13,248 nucleotides of DNA, from contig NEEC01000105.1 in NCBI GenBank assembly GCA_002189035.1, forward strand, positions 1-13,248, given 5' to 3'. A program made the position numbers and the translations under genes. The notes under the pieces are model-generated. The model was not told the DNA's origin, made no database searches, and was given only the letters and a program-made list of their open reading frames with translations. The stretch is from Utricularia gibba. Its lineage: Eukaryota; Plantae; Magnoliophyta. Shown here piece after piece: positions 1-9,190 of this stretch (its first letter is position 1; every line of letters begins with the position of its first letter).

Positions 1-2522
1 CCTACATGGTTTTTCAAGGAACAGCTTCTCGTTTTGTGGCGGCCAGTCTCGCTGGAACTTGGTCCTTGACCCCGATTCTGTATGGCTCATGAGGTCAACC
101 GGATGCAAATCGATTAAAAAAATGATGCCTTTCTTTAAATTACGATATCACGTGCACCCCACATGATTTTTTCAACAACTTTATACTTGTGGAGGCGGTC
201 TTGGGTGCACCTGGAACGGACAAAGGTCAGGTTTGGCTTGCGCCGAGAGTTAGTTGTAACACGGCAAATAAAGTGATGTATTTATTAACGTTCAGTTTTC
301 GGGGGCTGCCTACATGGTTTTTCAAGGAACAGCTTCTCTTTGTGGCGGCCAGTCTCGCTGGGAACTTGGTCCTTGACCCCGATTATGTATTGCTCATGAG
401 GTCAACCGATGCAAATTGATTAAAAAAAATGATGCCTTTGTTTAAATTACGATATCACGTGCACCCCACATGATTTTTTCAACAACTTACTTTATACTTG
501 AGGAGGCGGTCTTGGGGTGCACCTAGAACGGGACAAAGGTCAGGTTTGGCTTGCGCCGAGAGTTAGTTGTAGCTCGGCAAATAAAGTGATGTATTTATTA
601 ACGTTCAGTTTTCGGGGGCTGCCTACATGGTTTTTCAAGGAACAGCTTCTCGTTTTGTGGCGGCAGTCTCGCTGGGAACTTGGTCCTTGACCCGATTGTA
701 TGGCTCATGAGGTCAACCGGATGAAATCGATTAAAAAATGATGCCTTTGTTAAATTACGATATCACGTGCACCCACATGATTTTTTCAACAACTTACTTT
801 ATACTTGGGAGGCGGTCTTGGGGTGCACCTAGAACGGGACAAAGGTCAGGTTTGGCTTGCGCCGAGAGTTAGTTGTAGCTCGGAAATAAAGTGATGTATT
901 TATTAACGTTCAGACATGGTTTTTCAAGAACAGCTTCTCGTTTTGTGGCGGCCAGTCTCGGGAACTTGGTCCTTGACCCGACAACCGGATGCAAATGGGA
1001 TGCTTTGTTTAAATTACGATATCACGTGCACCCCACATGATTTTTTCAACAACTTGTTTTACTTGAGAGGCGGTCTTGGGTGCACCTAGAACGGGACAAA
1101 GGTCAGGTTTGGCTTGCGCGAGAGTTAGTTGTAGCTCGGAAATAAAGTGATGTATTTATTAACGTTCAGTTTTGGGGGCTGCCTACATGGTTTTTCAAGG
1201 AACAGCTTCTCGTTTTGTGGCGGCCAGTCTCGCTGGGAACTTGGTCCTTGACCCCGATTATGTATTGCTCATGAGGTCAACCGGATGCAAATTGATTAAA
1301 AAAATGATGCTTTGTTTAAATTACGATATCACGTGCACCCCACATGATTTTTTCAACAACTTACTTTATACTTGAGGAGGCGGTCTTGGGGTGCACCTAG
1401 AACGGGACAAAGGTCAGGTTTGGCTTGCGCCGAGAGTTAGTTGTAGCTCGGAAAATAAAGTGATGTATTTATTAACGTTCAGTTTTGGGGCTGCCTACAT
1501 GGTTTTTCAAGGAACAGCTTCTCGTTTTGTGGCGGCCAGTCTCGCTGGGAACTTGGTCCTTGACCCCGATTATGTATGCTCATGAGGTCAACCGGATGCA
1601 AATCGATTAAAAAAATGATGCCTTTCTTTAAATTACGATATCACGTGCACCCCACATGATTTTTCAACAACTTACTTTATACTTGGGAGGCGGTCTTGGG
1701 GTGCACCTAGAACGGGACAAAGGTCAGGTTTGGCTTGCGCCGAGAGTTAGTTGTAGCTCGGAAAATAAAGTGATGTATTTATTAACGTTCAGTTTTTGGG
1801 GCTGCCTACATGGTTTTTCAAGGAACAGCTTCTCGTTTGTGGCGGCCAGTCTCGCTGGGAACTTGGTCCTTGACCCCGATTCTGTATGCTCATGAGGTCA
1901 ACCGGATGCAAATCGATTAAAAAAATGATGCCTCGATGTTGATTTTTCAACAACTTACTTTATACTTGAGGAGGCGGTTGGGGTGCACCTAGAACGGGAC
2001 AAAGGTCAGGTTTGGCTTGCGCCGACGGAAATAAAGTGATGTATTTATTAACGTTCAACATGGTTTTTCATTCTTTTGTGGCGGCCAGTCTCGCTGGAAC
2101 TTGGTCCTTGACCCCGATTATGTATGCTCATGAGGTCAACCGGATGCACCTTTGTTTAAATTACGATATCACGTGCACCCCACATGATTTTTTCAACAAC
2201 TTACTTTATACTTGAGGAGGCGGTCTTGGGGTGCACCTAGAACGGGACAAAGGTCAGGTTTGGCTTGCGCCGAGAGTTAGTTGTAGCTCGGAAATAAAGT
2301 GATGTATTTATTAACGTTCAGTTTTGGGGGCTGCCTACATGGTTTTTCAAGGAACAGCTTCTCGTTTTGTGGCGGCCAGTCTCGCTGGGAACTTGGTCCT
2401 TGACCCCGATTATGTATGCTCATGAGGTCAACCGGATGCAAATCGATTAAAAAAATGATGCCTTTGTTTAAATTACGATATCACGTGCACCCCACATGAT
2501 TTTTTCAACAACTTACTTTATA

Positions 2523-2837
2523 CTTGAGGAGGCGGTCTTGGGGTGCACCTAGAACGGGACAAAGGTCAGGTTTGGCTTGCGCCGAGAGTTAGTTGTAGCT
2601 CGGAAAATAAAGTGATGTATTTATTAACGTTCAGTTTTCGGGGGCTGCCTACATGGTTTTTCAAGGAACAGCTTCTCGTTTTGTGGCGGCCAGTCTCGCT
2701 GGGAACTTGGTCCTTGACCCCGATTCTGTATGGCTCATGAGGTCAACCGGATGCAAATCGATTAAAAAAATGATGCCTTTGTTTAAATTACGATATCACG
2801 TGCACCCCACATGATTTTTTCAACAACTTACTTTATA
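2523..2837. repeat. Reference full-length monomer (315 bp, 143/315 = 45% GC)
   Basis: Complete copy from CTTGAGGAGG to CTTTATA. It matches neighbouring copies except at homopolymer lengths and a few bimodal sites (monomer positions 82, 204, 210, 237, 259). Confidence 0.95.
2535..2692. repeat. Subunit A (158 bp) of the dimeric monomer
   Basis: Monomer positions 13-170 align without gaps to positions +158, with about 85/157 identities counted by hand. Examples: AAAGTGATG/AAAATGATG, ACATGGTTTTT/ACATGATTTTT, GTTTGGCT/GTATGGCT. Confidence 0.8.
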
Positions 2838-2849
2838 CTTGAGGAGGCG
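2693..2849. repeat. Subunit B (157 bp) of the dimeric monomer
   Basis: Monomer positions 171-315 plus positions 1-12 of the next copy; homologous to subunit A at a constant 158-bp offset. Confidence 0.8.
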
Positions 2850-4539
2850 GTCTTGGGGTGCACCTAGAACGGGACAAAGGTCAGGTTTGGCTTGCGCCGA
2901 GAGTTAGTTGTAGCTCGGAAATAAAGTGATGTATTTATTAACGTTCAGTTTTCGGGGGCTGCCTACATGGTTTTTCAAGGAACAGCTTCTCGTTTTGTGG
3001 CGGCCAGTCTCGCTGGGAACTTGGTCCTTGACCCCGATTATGTATGCTCATGAGGTCAACCGGATGCAAATTGATTAAAAAAAATGATGCCTTTTTTTAA
3101 ATTACGATATCACGTGCACCCCACATGATTTTTTCAACAACTTACTTTATACTTGAGGAGGCGGTCTTGGGGTGCACCTAGAACGGGACAAAGGTCAGGT
3201 TTGGCTTGCGCCGAGAGTTAGTTGTAGCTCGGCAAATAAAGTGATGTATTTATTAACGTTCAGTTTTCGGGGGCTGCCTACATGGTTTTTCAAGGAACAG
3301 CTTCTCGTTTTGTGGCGGCCAGTCTCGCTGGGAACTTGGTCCTTGACCCCGATTCTGTATGGCTCATGAGGTCAACCGGATGCAAATCGATTAAAAAAAT
3401 GATGCCTTTGTTTAAATTACGATATCACGTGCACCCCACATGATTTTTTCAACAACTTACTTTATACTTGAGGAGGCGGTCTTGGGGTGCACCTAGAACG
3501 GGACAAAGGTCAGGTTTGGCTTGCGCCGAGAGTTAGTTGTAGCTCGGCAAATAAAGTGATGTATTTATTAACGTTCAGTTTTCGGGGGCTGCCTACATGG
3601 TTTTTCAAGGAACAGCTTCTCGTTTTGTGGCGGCCAGTCTCGCTGGGAACTTGGTCCTTGACCCCGATTATGTATGCTCATGAGGTCAACCGGATGCAAA
3701 TCGATTAAAAAAATGATGCCTTTGTTTAAATTACGATATCACGTGCACCCACATGATTTTTTCAACAACTTACTTTATACTTGAGGAGGCGGTCTTGGGG
3801 TGCACCTAGAACGGGACAAAGGTCAGGTTTGGCTTGCGCCGAGAGTTAGTTGTAGCTCGGCAAATAAAGTGATGTATTTATTAACGTTCAGTTTTCGGGG
3901 GCTGCCTACATGGTTTTTCAAGGAACAGCTTCTCGTTTTGTGGCGGCCAGTCTCGCTGGGAACTTGGTCCTTGACCCCGATTATGTATGGCTCATGAGGT
4001 CAACCGGATGCAAATCGATTAAAAAAATGATGCCTTTGTTTAAATTACGATATCACGTGCACCCCACATGATTTTTTCAACAACTTACTTTATACTTGAG
4101 GAGGCGGTCTTGGGGTGCACCTAGAACGGGACAAAGGTCAGGTTTGGCTTGCGCCGAGAGTTAGTTGTAGCTCGGAAAATAAAGTGATGTATTTATTAAC
4201 GTTCAGTTTTCGGGGGCTGCCTACATGGTTTTTCAAGGAACAGCTTCTCGTTTGTGGCGGCCAGTCTCGCTGGGAACTTGGTCCTTGACCCCGATTATGT
4301 ATTGCTCATGAGGTCAACCGGATGCAAATCGATTAAAATGATGCCTTTTTTAAATTACGATATCACGTGCACCCCACATGAGAGGAGGCGGTCTTGGGGT
4401 GCACCTAGAACGGGACAAAGGTCAGGTTTGGCTTGCGCCGAGAGTTAGTTGTAGCTCGGAAATAAAGTGATGTATTTATTAACGTTCAGTTTTCGGGGGC
4501 TGCCTACATGGTTTTTCAAGGAACAGCTTCTCGTTTTGT

Positions 4540-4915
4540 GGTCGGCTCATGAGGTCAACCGGATGCGCTTTGGGAACTGATGAGTCCACCTTCAGACTCC
4601 GTTCAGACATGGTTTTTCAAGGAACATCTTCAACCGGATGCAAAGATTAAATGATGCCTTTGTTTAAATTACGATATCACGTGCAACATGATGATCTTGG
4701 GACCTTTTTGGCTTTTACTCCGTTCAGATCTGTAACATGGGTCAACCGGATTCGGGGAGTTGGGCATTCAACGCAAAATTAAAATTGCGTTTCCTCGGAG
4801 GAGGAGTTTAGCACAGTACATGGTTTTTCAAGGAACAGCTTCTCGTGGCGGCCAGTCTCGCTGGGAACTTGGTCCTTGACCCCGATTCAGTTTGCTCGGA
4901 GAGTCTAAGTCAGAG
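4540..4915. other. Collapsed or garbled stretch containing fragments of about 3-4 monomers (probable low-quality read segment)
   Basis: Consensus fragments (GTTCAG, ACATGGTTTTTCAAGGAAC, CAACCGGATGC, CCTTTGTTTAAATTACGATATCACGTGCA) appear in the correct order but compressed and interspersed with non-consensus bases. Confidence 0.65.
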
Positions 4916-7900
4916 CTCGGAAATAAAGTGATGTATTTATTAACGTTCAGTTTTCGGGGGCTGCCTACATGGTTTTTCAAGGAACAGCTTCTCGTTTTGT
5001 GGCGGCCAGTCTCGCTGGGAACTTGGTCCTTGACCCGATTCTGTATGGCTCATGAGGTCAACCGGATGCAAATCGATTAAAAAAATGATGCCTTTCGATG
5101 TGCACCCCACATGATTTTTTCAACAACTTACTTTATACTTGAGGAGGCGGTCTTGGGGTGCACCTAGAACGGGACAAAGGTCAGGTTTGGCTTGCGCCGA
5201 GAGTTAGTTGTAGCTCGGCGTTCAGTTTTCGGGGGCTGCCTACATGGTTTTTCAAGGAACAGCTTCTCGTTTTGTGGCGGCCAGTCTCGCTGGGAACTTG
5301 GTCCTTGACCCGATTATGTATTGCTCATGAGGTCAACCGGATGCACTTGGTGGATTTTTTCAACAACTTACTTTATACTTGAGGAGGCGGTCTTGGGGTG
5401 CACCTAGAACGGGACAAAGGTCAGGTTTGGCTTGCGCCGAGAGTTAGTTGTAGCTCGGAAATAAAGTGATGTATTTATTAACGTTCAGACAATTCTCTTT
5501 TGTGGCGGCCAGTCTCGCTGGGAACTTGGTCCTTGACCCCGATTATGTATTGCTCATGAGGTCAACCGGATGGATTAAAAAAATGATGCCTTTGTTTAAA
5601 TTACGATATCACGTGCACCCCACATGATTTTTTCAACAACTTACTTTATACTTGAGGAGGCGGTCTTGGGTGCACCTAGAACGGGACAAAGGTCAGGTTT
5701 GGCTTGCGCCGAGAGTTAGTTGTAGCTCGGAAAATAAAGTGATGTATTTATTAACGTTCAGTTTTCGGGGGCTGCCTACATGGTTTTTCAAGGAACAGCT
5801 TCTCGTTTTGTGGCGGCCAGTCTCGCTGGGAACTTGGTCCTTGACCCCGATTCTCATGAGGTCATGGATTAAAAAAATGATGCCTTGAGTGCACCCCACA
5901 TGATTTTTTCAACAACTTGGATCCACCTTCAGAGAGTTAAAATAAAGTGATGCGTTCAGTTTTCACATGGGGATTAAACATCTCATGAGGTCAACCGGAT
6001 GCAAATTGATTAAAAAAATGATGCCTTTGTTTAAATTACGATATCACGTGCACCCCATGATTTTTTCAACAACTTACTTTATACTTGAGGAGGCGGTCTT
6101 GGGGTGCACCTAGAACGGGACAAAGGTCAGGTTTGGCTTGCGCCGAGAGTTAGTTGTAGCTCGGAAAATAAAGTGATGTATTTATTAACGTTCAGTTTTC
6201 GGGGGCTGCCTACATGGTTTTTCAAGGAACAGCTTCTCGTTTTGTGGCGGCCAGTCTCGCTGGGAACTTGGTCCTTGACCCCGATTCTCATGAGGTCAAC
6301 CGGATGCAAATGATTAAAAAAATGATGCCTTTGTTTAAATTACGATATCACGTGCAGGTCTTGGGGTGCACCTATCAGGTTTGGCTTGCGCCGAGAGTCT
6401 CGGCAACATGGTTTTTCAAGGAACAGCTTCTCGAGTCTCGCTGGGAACTTGGTATTATGTACTCATGAGGTCAACCGGATGCAAATCGATTAAAAAAATG
6501 ATGCCTTTGTTTAAATTACGATATCACGTGCACCCCACATGATTTTTTGTCTACTTTAGAGTTACTTAAAGTGATGTATTTATTAACGTTCAGTTTTGGG
6601 GGCTGCCTACATGGTTTTTCAAGGAACAGCTTCTCGTTTTGTGGCGGCCAGTCTCGCTGGGAACTTGGTCCTTGACCCCGATTATGTATGGCTCATGGGT
6701 CAACCGGATGCAAATCGATTAAAAAAATGATGCGATATCACGTGCACCCCACATGATTTTTTGAGGACCTAGAACGGGACAAAGGTCAGGTTTGGCTTGC
6801 GCCGAGAGTTAGTTGTAGCTCGGCAAATAAAGTGATGTATTTATTAACGTTCAGTTTTCGGGGGCTGCCTACATGGTTTTTCAAGGAACAGCTTCTCGTT
6901 TTGTGGCGGCCAGTCTCGCTGGGAACTTGGTCCTTGACCCCGATTATGATTTCCTTGCAACCGGATACTCAGTCAGATTAAAAATAAAGTGATGCGTTCA
7001 GTTTTCACATGGTTTTTCAAGGAACAGCTTCTCGTTTTGTGGCGGCCAGTCTCGCTGGGAACTTGGTCCTTGACCCCGATTCTCACAACCGGATGCACCC
7101 CACATGGAGGAGGCGGTCTTGGGGTGCACCTAGAACGGGACAAAGGTCAGGTTTGGCTTGCGCCGAGAGTTAGTTGTAGCTCGGCAAATAAAGTGATGTA
7201 TTTATTAACGTTCAGTTTTCGGGGGCTGCCTACATGGTTTTTCAAGGAACAGCTTCTCGTTTTGTGGCGGCCAGTCTCGCTGGGAACTTGGTCCTTGACC
7301 CGATTCTGTAATGAGGTCAACCGGATGCGACCCGGTTGATGAGGAGGCGGTCTTGGGGTGCACCTAGAACGGGACAAAGGTCAGGTAGAGTTAGTTGTAG
7401 CTCGGCAAATCGTTCAACATGGTTTTTCAAGGAACAGCAAACTTGGTCCTTGACCCGATTATGTATATGAGGTCAACCGGATGCAAATCGCCTTTCGGTG
7501 CACCCCACATGATTTTTTCAACAACTTACTTTATACTTGGCGGTCTTGGGGTGCACCTAGAACGGGACAAAGGTCAGGTTTGGCTTGCGCCGAGAGTTAG
7601 TTGTAGCTCGCGTTCAGTTTTGGGGGCTGCCTACATGGTTTTTCAAGGAACAGCTTCTCGTTTTGTGGCGGCCAGTCTCGCTGGGAACTTGGTCCTTGAC
7701 CCCGATTATGTATGCTCATGAGGTCAACCGGATGCAAATCGATATCACGTGCACCCCACATGATTTTTTCAACAACTTACTTTATACTTGAGGAGGCGGT
7801 CTTGGGGTGCACCTAGAACGGGACAAAGGTCAGGTTTGGCTTGCGCCGAGAGTTAGTTGTAGCTCGGCGTTCAGTACCTAGTCAACTTGGTCCTTGACCC

Positions 7901-8499
7901 CGATTATGTATTCATTTGCAAATCGACGATATCACGTTGGAGGAGGCGGTCTTGGGGTGCACCTAGAACGGGACAAAGGTCAGGTTTGGCTTGCGCCGAG
8001 AGTTAGTTGTAGCTCGGAAAATAAAGTGATGTATTTATTAACGTTCAGTTTTGGGGGCTGCCTACATGGTTTTTCAAGGAACAGCTTCTCGTTTTGTGGC
8101 GGCCAGTCTCGCTGGGAACTTGGTCCTTGACCCCGATTATGTATTGCTCATGAGGTCAACCGGATGCAAATCCTCGATGTGTGATGAGGAGGCGGTCTTG
8201 GGGTGCACCTAGAACGGGACAAAGGTCAGGTTTGGCTTGCGCCGAGAGTTAGTTGTAGCTCGACAACCTGTGGCGGCCAGTCTCGCTGGGAACTTGGTCC
8301 TTGACCCCGATTATGTATGCTCATGAGGTCAACCGGATGCAAATCCTTTAAATTACGAGTGGATTTTTTCAACAACTTACTTTATACTTGAGGAGGCGGT
8401 CTTGGGGTGCACCTAGAACGGGACAAAGGTCAGGTTTGGCTTGCGCCGAGAGTTAGTTGTAGCTCGGAAAATAAAGTGATGTATTTATTAACGTTCAGA

Positions 8500-9190
8500 G
8501 AAGTTAGTCTCGCCACGGCTCAAATGCAAAGATGATATTTATTGGTTCAGTCTTGGGTCGGGGGGTCAGACATGGTTTTTCAAGGAACAGCTTCTCGTTT
8601 TGTGGCGGCCATGTCTGCAAATCGCTGGGAACATTGGTCCTTGACCCCGATTATGGTATTGAGTCAACTTGAGGTCAACCGGATGCAAATCGATGATGGT
8701 GGATGATGTCTTGGGGTGCACCTAGAACGGGACAAAGGTCAGGTAGAGTTAGTTGTAGCTCGGCAAATAAAGTCGTTCAACATGGTTTTTCAAGGAACAG
8801 CTTCTAGTCAACTTGATTATGTATTGGACAACTGCACCCTTTGGATGTGCACCTGATTTTTTCAACGAGGAGGCGGTCTTGGGGTGCACCTAGAACGGGA
8901 CAAAGGTCAGGTTTGGCTTGCGCCGAGAGTTAGTTGTAGCTCGGCAAATAAAGTGATGTATTTATTAACGTTCAGTTTTCGGGGCTGCGCTAAACTTGGT
9001 CCTTGACCCCGATTCTCATGAGGTCAACCGGATGCTCGCTCGATATTTGATTTGGAAGTCTCGCTGGGAACGTTCAGGTCCTTGATAATTATTCTCATGA
9101 GGTCAACCGGATGCAAATCGATTAAAAAGATGATCACTTTAGAAAAACGAATCATGCTGCCACATGTATTTCATTTGCAACAACGGTTGG
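8500..9190. other. Second major collapsed or garbled stretch (several shortened monomers)
   Basis: Ordered consensus fragments with many deletions and short non-consensus patches (8500-8570, 8800-8870, 9035-9190). Confidence 0.6.

Larger units (their letters stand above)
2211..4380. repeat. Block of seven near-intact consecutive monomers
   Basis: Six copies of 312-315 bp plus a seventh (4095-4380) missing its last ~26 nt. Differences are limited to homopolymer length and the bimodal sites. Confidence 0.9.

Noticed and set aside
2583-2612. Resemblance of GAGAGTTAGTTGTAGCTCGGCAAATAAA to ColE1 origin sequence (GAGTTGGTAGCTC...GGCAAACAAA)
   Set aside because: It is a short gapped similarity with no other plasmid sequence, and the segment is accounted for by the internal subunit homology.
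2535-2692. Further subdivision into ~79-bp units
   Set aside because: A spot check at offset 79 gave only background identity.
2524-2745. Hammerhead core variants in the consensus (TTGAGGA; CTCATGAG)
   Set aside because: CTCATGAG lacks the essential G of CUGANGA, and TTGAGGA is followed by AGAAC rather than GAAA with only a weak stem. No complete ribozyme can be drawn on either strand.
2523-2837. Endless ORF across the concatemer (as in DRT2 neo), suggested because 315 is divisible by 3
   Set aside because: Translating the circular consensus by hand gives stop codons in all six frames.
2523-2837. 5S rDNA, spliced-leader or tRNA/SINE tandem unit
   Set aside because: There is no match to 5S rRNA conserved segments or the nematode, trypanosome or dinoflagellate leader sequences I know, no cloverleaf, and no convincing A-box/B-box pair.
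2811-2845. Sigma70-like promoter (TATACT -10) or TATAAA box on the minus strand
   Set aside because: There is no credible -35, the -10 sits directly against the SD-like motif so that motif would not be transcribed, and such hexamers are expected in an AT-rich tract.
4577-4587. Hammerhead-like CTGATGAGTCC
   Set aside because: It is a single occurrence inside a garbled stretch, with no downstream stem II partner or GAAA, and it is absent from the consensus.
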